Of a stretch of DNA of 64,000 nt, positions 47,817 to 59,375 are shown in pieces. Under the pieces are notes generated by a model that did not search any database, was not told where the DNA came from, and saw only the letters and a program-made list of their open reading frames with translations. The stretch lies in assembly GCA_035084275.1 (NCBI GenBank), contig CM068756.1:14632001-14696000 (forward strand). The letters run 5' to 3'. A program made the translations under genes and the position numbers. Every line of letters starts with the position of its first letter. Within the stretch, counting starts at the first letter, position 1. The stretch is from Hydrolagus colliei. Taxonomy: Eukaryota.

Positions 47817-49093
47817 GGACCCCTCCAATCAGGTTTCCGCCCTATCCACAGCACAGAAACTGCCCTGGTTAAGGTCACAAATGACACCCTAACCGCCTGT
47901 GACCAGGGCTCCCTCTGCCTCCTCGTCCTCCTTGACCTGTCTGCTGCGTTCGACACAGTCGATCACACCATCCTCCTCCAACGTCTTTCCTCCCACCTCA
48001 ACCTTCAAGGCACAGTCCTTGACTGGTTCCATTCTTATTTGACCCACCGTTTACATTTTGTTTCTTCCAACGGTTTCTCTTCAAACCCCCGCACAGTTTC
48101 TCACGGCGTCCCTCAGGGCTCTGTTTTAGGCCCCCATCTTTTCACCCTTTACACCCTCCCCCTGGGCGACGTCATCCGCAAACATGGGGTAAATTTCCAC
48201 ATGTATGCGGACGACACCCAATTGTACCTTTCTGCCTCATCCCTCAACCCCCAGACGATCGATGTTCTGACAGCATGTCTGTCCGACATCGAGTCCTGGA
48301 CGAGGGACAACTTTTTGCAATTGAACGTGAGTAAGACCGAGGCCCTCCTGATTGGCTCAAGCCAGCGCCTCCGCACATCGGGCGCTGCCAGCCTCAACAT
48401 CCAAGGCTGCACTCTCCACCTCACAAAGCCAATCAGGAACCTCGGCATCATGTTCGATCAAAAACTTTCCTTCCTCCCCCACATCCGCGCCTTGATCGGC
48501 ACCGCTTATTTCCACTGCGCAATATTGCCTGGCTCTGCATTCACAGGCTGCAGGTCATCCAAAACTCTGCAGCCCGTGTATTACCCCCCCCCGCCTCCGC
48601 GACCATATAACCCCCACCCTCGCCCGTCTCCATTGGCTCCCCATTCTCCAGAGGATCGAGTTCAAGATCCTCGTCCTCACCTACAAGGCCTTACACAGCC
48701 TTGCCCCGCCCTATTTAACCAATCTACTTTCCCCCTACAAGCCCACCCGGACCCTCCGTTCAACAAGACTTGGCCTGCTCCAAGCCCCCCGCCCGAACCG
48801 CCCCACCATCGGAGGCCGGGGCTTCAGTTTCACTGCTCCCACCCTATGGAATGCCATCCCTCAATCCCTCCGTCTCGTTTCTTCCCTTTCCTCTTTCAAG
48901 GCCGGTTTGAAGACTTTCCTCTTCGATCGTGCCTTTTGTTCCATCCCGAATTTTTCTACCTCCCCTTCGTGTTTTACCCCGTCCCAAACACTCCCCTCTC
49001 AGCTCGGGTCACATGCCTCCTGTGCAGCGCCTTGGGACGTCCTCCCGACGTGAAAGGCGCTCTATAAATGTAATTTGTTGTTGTTGTTGTTGT
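47817..49093 (+). mobile_element. Young L2 LINE, 5'-truncated, with RT domain
   Basis: [45 protein letters not shown]; ~100-bp internal deletion relative to the 60.6-kb copy; (TTG)n tail. Confidence 0.95.
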
Positions 49094-51624
49094 AGTCATT
49101 TTAAAGTTACTTAGGTAAACATCTACGTTTCATCTTCACTGTGTGGGAACCAAAGCTTATCGGGCTGGGCTGCCTCTTATTCCAACATGATGGAATAATA
49201 TCTGGGATCTAAAGACTCTGGAAATCTGTGCCTCCCTCAAACTGCCCTCTCCATCAAACTGGTCCAAGCTACTTTAATGCACTGAGACTGACAGGCCAGC
49301 AGCCTGACTGTCGATAAGGCTGGAGGGTCAGACTGGGCAGCCGAGAGGGTCAGTGATCCTTCCCATTAGCCCAGCAAGGCGAAGCCCTCGTTTGTAGTTA
49401 TAAACAAAGAGTCACTTCCGAGATTACTGCCGATCAGGATGTTTAAAATCCGACAGGAGCCGCAATCCAGTTTCCCTGTCCCCAAAGCTCAGCTCAGCCC
49501 GACATGTGCCTCATAATTTACCGAATCCAGGAAGCGGCTTAGATCCCTCTAGAGACGACACAAGGCTTACAATTTCAGGCGGTAGCATTTCCATCAGTGG
49601 CTGGAAAGCGCATGGGATTTTCATGGTCTGATTTTAATCTTCTCAAACCGAGTGAAAGTTACTCGCGCAAGTCAATACCCGGGCTGGCCAAAAATAGCGT
49701 TATCATGATAAAGCATGAGATTGAAACCCGGGAGGAAAATTCAGTGATGACCTCCATTTACAGCCAGAACAGAAAACATGAGAAACTCTCGGAAACATCA
49801 TTCTACCCACACATTTGATTCTGTGGAAAGGGTTTGTTGCGGATATTGCACCAATGAGCGGGTGTGAAAGATGGTAATGTTAAGGTTGGTTAAGCGTTAA
49901 TAATATTTGTTATATGCGTTATAACGTTAAGGCCGTTATATCAAATCTTAATTGATCATGTCTGAACCTTCAGTGCGGGATGATCTGCTGAATGTCAGTA
50001 AGTGACCATCAGCAAATAAAACAGCAAGACACGATTAAACACGCACTAGTGAATGATGCAATTTCAATGCAATGTAATGTAATATCCACGGGTAGTACAG
50101 ACAATTGTGCAATTGAAGATCAATGAAACATATTTAACCGTTGTGATAAATAATGCTGATGAGATAAGATAAATTAAAATAGGTTGCCGGGTCTGCATAT
50201 CAATTGGTGTAAGTACGCAGACAGAAAGTTGAATGTCTATTTACGTCGAGGAGCGTTGAAAGCCTTAAAGTAGCAGTTTTTTGTTCTCAAAGAAACTATA
50301 GAGAATATTCAGCGCTATTAAATCGATTTGTTTCAGTTTTGGAATCCACACAGTTGTTTTTTTATATACGCCACTGTTTGCAGAATATCCACCCACTTCC
50401 TACTTTGACCAGCCTCGCTATTAAAACTCGATTTAGGTTGAGAGACAGTAAACAAAAATCCATTGGGAGGTATTGATTGTATCTGGGAGATCCTCTATGT
50501 GTTAGGGGAGTTTGGTCATTCTGATAAATGTACCGTCAACAACTTTCAGGAATGCATTCAAATATGATCAAAACGAAAGGCAGAGACACGGAAACAAAGC
50601 AAAATGGAGGCAAATTTCACTCGATGTAATCAGTAACAGATCATGAAACATTAATAACATTACTGCATGTTATTTAATAGCAAACTGGCGTAATATAATC
50701 ACGCACCAGAATGGAAATCCTCCCACCAAAGACAGACACTGTAACATAACTTACACCAATATTGTGGTCATTGCCAGACTAACTGTGGGTGATAAAAACT
50801 GTGGGTGTTTGAAATGTGGTAAGTCATGATGACTTCTTGTTTTTGAACATTCAGGAGATAGAGGTGTGTGTTTTGGTTGGGAGTGATGGCACAGGAGGTC
50901 ATCCAGTGAAATTGTGATTTGAATTGATTACACTAATCTACATCAAAACTGTCCGGCTTTTGATGAATCCCTGGTAGCTCTCAGTGGCAAAGGCAACAAG
51001 TGGTTTAATTATGAGGGAGACCTAACATTGTGCTAAAATCAATCGTATCAGTTCAATACAAGTAGGTAGGTTTTTGCAGTTGTCACTGATTAAGTAAACT
51101 GTTCATCAACAACTTTCCTATGAAGAAACATGCGAATTGATAACAAACACAGGTTTACATAGTGTGAAATATGCAGTTTCTGGTACAATTGATATTGTCC
51201 TTTCCTCAAACTCTAGGTTCTTGTTTTTGGAACATGTGACACAAGTCAGACCTCAAGGTCTGTGGCTATCTTGAGCTGAACCACACAAAGGCATTTTGCC
51301 CTTGCCTCAGCCAAATCACGTTTCCACTCTAATCTCATCCATGAGGCCAAATCCAATCCTATGCTCAGTTTCTCTGCCACCAATCACCTCTTTCACATAC
51401 ATTGCCTTGTCTCTTTCACCATCATCCCCACTTCCAAACACCAGGAGAGATGGACTTTTGTTTTTCTTTAATTATCAGAGTAACACATGTGGAAAAACCT
51501 CACAGTGCTTAAGAGCGTTCAAACTGGGCTGAAAATTCCTTTCTTGCTACCCACACATGGAAATGACTACACCTGTAGTAACATATTAATTCTCTCCCCC
51601 GATGACTTCAGCTTGTAGGGATAA

Positions 51625-52330
51625 TAACAACAACAACAAAATTACATTTATAGAGTGCCTTTCACATCGGGAGGACGTCCCAAGGCATTGAACAGTTAGG
51701 TCAGGACCTGAGCATGGGGTGGGGCGAGGGGTCGGGGTAGGGGGAAGGAGAGTAGGAGATGGGGTATATTTAGGAGGGGAGCAGAAGGCACAGTCAAAGA
51801 GATCGGCCTTGAAGGAGGAAAGGGAGGAAGCAAGGCGAAGGGATTGTGAGATGGCGTTCCAGAGAGTGGGGTCAGAGAGGCTGAAAGCCCGGCCACCAAT
51901 GGTTGAGCAGTTAGGGCGGAGGACGTGGAGCAGGCCAGAGCCTACTGACTGGAGGGTGCGGGCAGGCTGATAGGGAGACAGCAGGTCAGATAGGTGTGGG
52001 CAAGACAGCGAATGGCCTTGAAGGTGAGGATGAGGATCTTGTATTCGATCCACTGGGGGATGGGGAGCCAATGGATATGGACAAGGGTGGGAGTGATGTG
52101 GTCACTGAGTCTAATGTGGGGAGTCTAGGGTCGTGGAGCCTAGTGGCCTGCTCCATGTCCCCAGGCAGGGGACGTGGAGCAGGCCAGAGCCCGCTGAACA
52201 GAGGAGACAGGCAGCCTGATAGGGAGACAGCAGGTCAGAGAGACAGGTGGGGACAAGGCTGTAAATGGCCTTGAAAGTAAGGACGAGAATCTTGAATTCG
52301 TCCCTCTGGCGGATGGGGAGCCAGGAGATG
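51625..52330 (-). mobile_element. L2 3' fragments (two partially overlapping segments in tandem)
   Basis: Reverse-strand L2 3' region; the segment at ~51920-52070 is repeated in diverged form at ~52170-52320. Confidence 0.75.
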
Positions 52331-54574
52331 AATGAGGAGAATCCCTGCTCGAAGTGACTGGTTTACCCTTCCAAGTGCTCCTGGTGAGACAATCTGACTG
52401 CTTTGGCATCAGCATTTCCCTATGATATCTCATGTCCATTTGTCTGAGGAAAGGGACTTCTGAGAGCATCACTGATAATCAACTCATTGCCAACATGCCA
52501 TTGGCAAACATGCCACCATAGAACCTATTCAACTATAATCAGATCTCTCTCTTACCTTCCCCCAAGGATTACAGATACTACTTCTACATTGGATATTTCA
52601 CATCTCTGGCAGCTAACGCTTTAAACTTGTCGCCTTCTTTTCAGCTCAAGTGCTGACTGCATCAATCTATTTCATGCCACGGAGTCAATACAGACACCTG
52701 GAGTCTTGTTTGATGCTTTAGTATGTTTCAAGCCCTACCTCGGTCCTCACTCACTCTAGGCTCCCATTCAGTCAACACTCCCTCACCTTCGTAACTGGAG
52801 TTTCTTCGGCACTTCTCAGACCATCATTCATGGTTTCATCACATACAACCTTGATTAACCCAACGCCCGCTTGTGGAGTTCTCACCTTAACCAGATACAA
52901 TCTTGTGTCTATTCACATCTTTGCAGCCCCTGCCCTCTCCCGTAACAATAGCCAACCTATGAATGAAATCCACAATGGTTTCCCACCCCACAGCAGATCC
53001 CCACCATGTAAGCAACTTCCTGATTGACTGAAATGCCCCTTTACCCCAGGGATCAGGAGTCTAATTCACATCTCCTGCCTTATTGTCCTTCCTCACCATA
53101 ATAGAGTGAGCTGTCAGTCATTCTGCTGCCGCTGTTTGGAACTCCATTCTATGGTCTCTCGGGTTTTCTAATTTGCTCCCAATGTTCAAAGCGCCTTCAA
53201 AACCTACTGCTGACTTATCTTTCACTTCATTTCCTTTTGCCCGTTCCTAATTTCTCCTTGAAATCGCCCACAGACAGATATCTATATGATTTGAGGTGTT
53301 CCCCCCCCCCCCCCCCAATAGGAATGGCGCCTTCCAAATGCAAATTGTTTTCAAATCGTAGGTCTTACATCCCCGGAAATGCTGCTGATATTCAGATAAT
53401 TTCATTCACAAACTATCAATCTGGCCAAGCACGGCAGATAAAAGAACTTTGCATAAAAGTTTCATCCTAATCTCATTCTTTCTGGTTGGAACAAATCAAT
53501 TTTTCAACCCAAAAGTTGCACAGTGCTTATCAAATTATAGGGAGCTCAAATAGTGATTATTACAATATAATTATTCACATATACACGTTAAATTCTCCTT
53601 CTGATTTATTATCTCCTGCAGTCAGGAAGTTTCCACCAAAGTATCCCAATTACTGATAAACACTGTGTACAAAAAATGAATGAATGTCTGGGTATACCAA
53701 AAATCATTATATAGTTCTACTTGGAGGTGAACTTTTTTTTGTATGTGCTTAAAGGATGTACATTGTTACTCTATGTATAATTTGGCCCCCAAATTGTATT
53801 GTCGATCTGAATGAGAATTGTTAATACATATTAAGTTTACTCCGAATGTGTTGTTCTAATGCAGCAAACCGTTTCATTTTGAACAAGAAAAAGCTGAAGA
53901 AATAATGTTTAATTTCAAACGAATATATTTTGTTCATTTGTGAGACAAACATGAGAAACTTAAAAGAACAGAAATCGGGATTAAAACTACTACATTTTAG
54001 CAAAATACAAAAGACAAGCCACTGAACACATGAAGCAAAAAGATCATCATTGGTCCATAAATTCCTAAATCTCTTTTTAATCTCGTTTTAATCTGTAAAG
54101 AATATGTTGGTACTTCGGTCGTCCAAAAATTGAAAATGTATTCGTTTATTATAATGTGCCAAATTAAATGGTTTCAAATATATATTTTCTAGAGAATTGA
54201 TTACTTGGATGTACAATACTAAGAATGATCTAATAGCACAACAAAATATATTAATTCACTCGATTTTTGACAAGGTCCCTTCAAGTGGTTCCATTCGGCA
54301 TGTTACAGTTGGAGGAAACTGTTGGGAATGATGTCTTTCGAAATTAAATTGGGTTGTGTACCGTCGGGAAAATAATATTCAGACGTTACACTGAGGAGCT
54401 ATCAAGCTGTAGAACGAGATAATAGTTCGAAGAGTGATAGCAGATGTATTGTAAATTTCAGAGGCAGTTCACCTTTCATTGTGATTGGCAGATCATCATT
54501 TTTGGACGCTCTTCAGGTAGACCGTAGCTTTTTGCAAATGGCAACCAATTAAACGTGGATTGCTTGATCTACGG

Positions 54575-54612
54575 AGACAGGATGTTAAACGTCATTGCCT
54601 CACATTCATTTT
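54575..54612 (+). promoter_or_regulatory. R5 proximal promoter block (ETS-like ACAGGATGT + ACGTCA half-CRE)
   Basis: Paralog of 30117-30154. Confidence 0.4.
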
Positions 54613-54678
54613 GCCATCTGCCACCCCTTAATACAGACCAGCAGTGAGTTCAGATAGTCTCAGACAGTGAGCCGAGCC

Positions 54679-54730
54679 ATGGCAAGTGTTGTGTTTCACT
54701 GTTTCTCTCTGGTGGCGTTCCTTCCCACAG
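54679..54730 (+). CDS. R5 leader exon
   Basis: MASVVFHCFSLVAFLPT, ACAG|gtaggt. Confidence 0.85.
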
Positions 54731-57700
54731 GTAGGTGCTGCGTTTACTTACAAGGATAGTTGTTTTCATCCATATACTAACCTATGCGCTCTGGGACGCT
54801 AGCTCGAGAGAGAGGCGGTAGATGAATGCAAAATGTTGTAAACAAAGTTTCGTGGCTTCATGTTCAACTCCTTACCCCCATGCTTTGTATTTCTCTGTAT
54901 TCGTTTTCAAAGGCTAGATATTTTACTCAATCGGTGTTTGAATTACTTCTGATAGTTGCTGGCGATACTTCGATGAAAGTGACTCAAGTTCCCAGGAGCA
55001 CAACTGCAACCAAAGGTGAAAACGTCAGCTTCTACTGTGCCACTCCCTTCTTTGAAGACAAATCAGGTATAAAAGTGTACTGGTGGAAGCTTGGGAAGAG
55101 GCAGTACCTGCAAACAAGGCCAGATCCCAGGAAAATATTTGGTTTCCAACAAGGAGGAAGCGGCTTCTTTCAGCTCCTGGATGTGAATTTCCAGGACTCT
55201 GGAGTTTATCACTGCGCTCTGGTGTTACAGGGGAAAATAGCAGCAAATGGAACTGGATCCACTTTAACTGTTTGCCGTAAGTGTTAAACCAGCGTAGATC
55301 TGGACCGTTGCTATCTACACATGTTACCCAAATACATCTAACTAATACACTATACGCCTAAGCAAATCAAAGCTTGACTGGGAGCTAAATGTATGTATTC
55401 TACCGACATTCGGAAATGTTCCAGTATCGAACCCTAACCCAATGCTGTGGAGGATAGGGTATAAATGTGGAGGATAGGTCAGAAAATGCCAAAGGTTGAC
55501 AAATGCCTATCCAGCACTTGAAAGCATTGTCTGGCAAACTGCCTGCTGTTGGTAAAGGAAGGACAAGCCCACATTTTACTTACTTGTCATGCAGTGTTAA
55601 ACAGGAGCCAATTGGGAATAATCTCTGCCCCTCTGATCTCTAATCCCTGCCAATGAACCCGGCTGCCTAGTCTGCCATCAGCAAAGCTATGAGGACCTGT
55701 CAATGTTAGGAATGGGAATACTGACACAGAGGATTAACTGAGTTCATACACTCAGCTGACTGAAGAAAAAACAGTGGAACTGAATCCTTAACTTGGTGAC
55801 AACCGAAAGAGCAAAATAGCAGCTGAACGTGTTTCAATGCCGCCTGCACCAGCCTTTAGGCTGAAGTGATTTACTTAACTGTGAACTGCATTCATAATAA
55901 ATAAGATTGTTTCATCACTTTTGGCAACTGTGATTGCCGGAGAGTAAAGAAAACGCTATTTCTGAGTAATTATTTACATACAAAATGTATAAATCAGATC
56001 AAATTGTCGTGGAGAAATTGATCGGATATAAATCGAAATTCAATTTTCCCAATTAAATAGAGGTTATGCAATGTTGTTCCATCATGGAGTCTTGTAGCTC
56101 AATGGTTAGAGCATTCATTACAAGCGAGAGACTTGGCTTCGAGTCCCGGCAGGGCAAAACCTTGGGCAGGTTTCTTTACTCCAGACAACTAATAATAATC
56201 CCTAGAGAGAGAGATAAAATAATAAATTGGTCACTTGAATCCATGACTACTTGTGGGACACGGATGTGCGTAATTGGCCGCTGTAATTTGCTCACAAATG
56301 TATGGTCAGTAAACTCTGCAGTAAATTCTGCAATACACGTTGAGGCGTATCTACGTGAAAAGTACTATATGCAATGCAAGGATTACTGTTTTTATTATTA
56401 TTACCTAATTTACAGTTCCACCAACGCCGCTGAAGATAATCCCAACGTTTACTAAACGTAATCCATCTGTGTCTCTGACTCTTGTGTGCCAAACGGCTGT
56501 GTATTACCCGAAGAATCTCACCCTGACTTGGTATAACAATGTCACTGAAATTACAACCGGAATAAATACCACTGAACAGCAGCATCCAGATGGATTGTAT
56601 AGGACTTCCAGCTCACTGGAGGTGGCATCACCTGTCTTGAATGGGACTGTTTATACCTGTACTGTATCACACATCAGCCTCCAGGCTTCAGAAATCGCCA
56701 ATTACACAGTTCAGCTTTCCGGTGAAGGTAAATGTGCCAGAAATCTTACTGACAATCTGAAGAGAATTTTCACCTGATTATTGCAATTGATCGTAAACCC
56801 GATTTCTAAATATTTTAAAAGAAAATCCGCTTTTTGGTTAAATATATTAGAAATGTAGGTATATGTGAGTTATTTTCCACACAAAAAAACGCACTAAAAA
56901 CCTAAAATTGGAAATTTGATACTCTACCAGAATCTCTATTCCGGCGCAAGCAAACCGAAGTTAATGGAACTATAAGTTAGTTAGCGGGCCAGAAACATAT
57001 TGTGTTGAGAAAATGAATGAATGATTCACACCAGAATGTGTTTTTATCTTACCATTTAGAATTGAAAAAATATTGGATCGCTGGATGTGCAGGGGGTGCG
57101 TTGATATTTCTAATAGCTTTAATCATCATTGGGAAGCGATGCCAATTCACAAAACTGAGAGGTAAGAAATAAGTTTCTATTGAAATTAAATTGTAGTATT
57201 TTTAATTATAATTGAACGTTTCATTGGGTAAATGAGTCAACGCCGGGTGCTGCGGTGGGAAAAGAGGTTTGAAGACAAATGTCTGTGTAGCTCCGCGAAT
57301 GATTATGAAATATGAAGAAAGGTCAGAATTTCTATTCGTTCTAGTCCACAGGTTATTTTAAATTCCTGCCGTGGAAATTTGACACATATTTCATTAATTT
57401 ACTTTCGTTAATTTTAGGCTCCCATAGAAAAAATAATGGCTCACATCGTTCTGCAGAACAGGTAATTATAATTTGTACTTTTCTCAGCACTTTGTCACCT
57501 TTCAAGCAGAGATTAATGTTCTTTATAATGTTATAGCATTTTCCCACGAAACATTTTTATAACTTGCACGCAAATATTGAGCAGCAAATGTAATATAGTA
57601 CGGTTTGTTAGTAGTACATATGATAAGTATTCCAAAATATTTTCAATTGATTTAAAGAGAATATTAATATATTAGACTGGGCAGTTGAAGGTGGGTCACT

Positions 57701-59375
57701 GCGGAGTTGCACTCGGTGTTCAGGCAGCAGTGTGGATTCCTGTAGCTCTGTGGTAACCACACTCGCCTTGCAACCAAGATACCATAGTTCAGTTCCCGAC
57801 AGGGCGAACTGCTGGGCAAGTTTCCTTACCTCTTACCTCTATTGCCTCTGTTTACCCGGCAGTAAGTAGGAGCAGTTGATCACTTTTCAAGGGATAACAA
57901 TCCTTAAAAATAACTATCATAATTTGGTCACTGGATCTACGACAGTTTGTGGGACACCGCTGAGTGGCCGTCGTGTTTTGTCCACAAATGTACAGTCACT
58001 TCACAGTATATTCCGTGAAGCGCTTTGATTGGCTAGAAGACATGACAAGCGCTGTATTAAATGGAACGATTACTATGATTGTGTTCAGAACTAAAGACAA
58101 TGAACCAATCATGGAACTAGGAGTTATGTGTTACCGACTGGGCGGGGGGCTCACTGTGAGATGGCTTACATCGCATTGGATTTGATAAATTCCCAGAAAA
58201 CTCAAAGACCTAAATATCAGGAAAGGACAGCGCACACCCAGGTGAGGAACACTGAGTTTAAATATTAGTCATTTATATCCGAAAACATTTTTGGATTAGA
58301 AAATAAAATGGAAAACAGTTGTTTACCTCAATATTACTGTTGTATTTCACCCTCCTCGAATTGTTTAATTCCAGTTGCCTGGCTGACTGGCAGGTCATGT
58401 AATTGGTAGAGTTATACAAACCCTTCACTACTTATCAAAATAATCATTCTTAATATGAATCTTAGAGACGAGTGATATATGTCCTCAGAAGCACAGCTTT
58501 GGAATTTTAGCGATTGTCGACTAACTGAGTTCCCATTTCTCTGCCAGCCTTATGGAAATGTATAGAAGCTTCTATCAATCCCATCTCAACATGAAAAATA
58601 ATTCTTAACTCGTAGTTTTTAAAAAGTAAACATTGTATAGGGAATGCTGGGGATTCTGAAAGCATTTATTTGGGAGATTACTGCAGTCTGACAGCATTAA
58701 TAAATTAGTTACATTTACAAATACTTGCTTTTCTACGCAAAGGGAGCAAACAGGAACAAGCCAACATATGCATCTCTGGATTTCTCTGGCTCTAAGAAAA
58801 CAGGAAAGGCTAAACCTACCTACAAGAATACGGAATATGCCGAGGTAAGCTTGATAAACCATCTGGAGCTAAGAGTCAAATATGTTAAAATACTAGGTGT
58901 CAAAGCTGATTATTGGTTTGTGTTAGGCATGCTCCCTATGCATTGCAATCAACATCTCCATTACTGCAGCATGTCCAGGATGGTAGAAGACAATTTAGAT
59001 GGACCTTGGTCTTTTACAAATATCTTCTATCTATCTAATAATATTTATTAACTGAATTATATATTTATCACACATTTCATCAATCAATATAGCTGACATG
59101 TAACAACAACAAAATTACAGTTGTATAGAATTATAACTAGAAGAAAGACAATCAATGCAATCTTATAAGTAGTATAAATATTTAGCAGAGGCGTAAAGTA
59201 ACTAAAACAAAGACCTCACAGTATACTGAACCTTTGTCTTTACTAGGTCAAACAAGGGGCAAACAAGCTGACTTATGCTGCTCTGGATTTGGGTAGCGCA
59301 ACGAAAATGGGAAAGCCTAAATCCAACAAGAATACACAATATGCAGAGCTACAGATGAAAACTACAAACGTATAA
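54679..59375 (+). CDS. R5: inhibitory SIRP-like V-C1-TM-ITIM/ITSM receptor, complete
   Basis: Leader 54679-54730, V 54956-55276, C1 56416-56727, TM 57060-57161, linker 57418-57461, degenerate module ~58161-58241, modules 58743-58844 and 59247-59375. ORF is 353 aa when the degenerate module is skipped. Confidence 0.88.
54956..55276 (+). CDS. R5 V-set (VJ-type) Ig domain exon
   Basis: 8 nt different from the R3 V exon; ends ANGTGSTLTVC. Confidence 0.95.
56086..56402 (+). mobile_element. Deu-type SINE immediately upstream of the R5 C1 acceptor
   Basis: Family match; absent at the paralogous position in R3. Confidence 0.8.
56416..56727 (+). CDS. R5 C1-set Ig domain exon
   Basis: 8 nt different from the R3 C1 exon; FYP-like YYP, W, YTCTVSH. 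Confidence 0.95.
57060..57161 (+). CDS. R5 transmembrane exon (uncharged)
   Basis: ELKKYWIAGCAGGALIFLIALIIIGKRCQFTKLR; 102 nt, GAG|gtaaga. Confidence 0.9.
57418..57461 (+). CDS. R5 44-nt cytoplasmic linker exon
   Basis: GSHRKNNGSHRSAEQ; ttttag| acceptor, CAG|gtaatt donor. Confidence 0.85.
57734..58078 (+). mobile_element. Deu-type SINE upstream of the degenerate R5 module
   Basis: Family match. Confidence 0.8.
58161..58241 (+). pseudogene. R5 degenerate Tyr module (pseudo-exon or cassette)
   Basis: MAYIALDLINSQKTQRPKYQERTAHTQ|gtgagg is homologous to module 1 of R1/R2. The second Tyr is now His and there is no good in-frame acceptor. Confidence 0.6.
58743..58844 (+). CDS. R5 Tyr module (PTYASL + TEYAE/V)
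   Basis: GANRNKPTYASLDFSGSKKTGKAKPTYKNTEYAE|gtaagc, a strong donor. Confidence 0.8.
59247..59375 (+). CDS. R5 terminal Tyr module (ITIM LTYAAL + TQYAEL)
   Basis: tactag|VKQGANKLTYAALDLGSATKMGKPKSNKNTQYAELQMKTTNV*. Confidence 0.85.
   Translation, partial: VKQGANKLTYAALDLGSATKMGKPKSNKNTQYAELQMKTTNV

Noticed and set aside
48149-48451. Antisense ORFs conserved between L2 copies (also 61145-61447)
   Set aside because: By-product of the C-rich codon bias of the L2 RT frame and of recent common ancestry.
47763-49067. 434-aa ORF as a host gene
   Set aside because: It is an L2 reverse transcriptase fragment; its N-terminus is flanking DNA and its C-terminus is frameshifted L2 sequence.
55430-55440. 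Telomere-like aaccctaaccc
   Set aside because: Fewer than two full units; chance occurrence.
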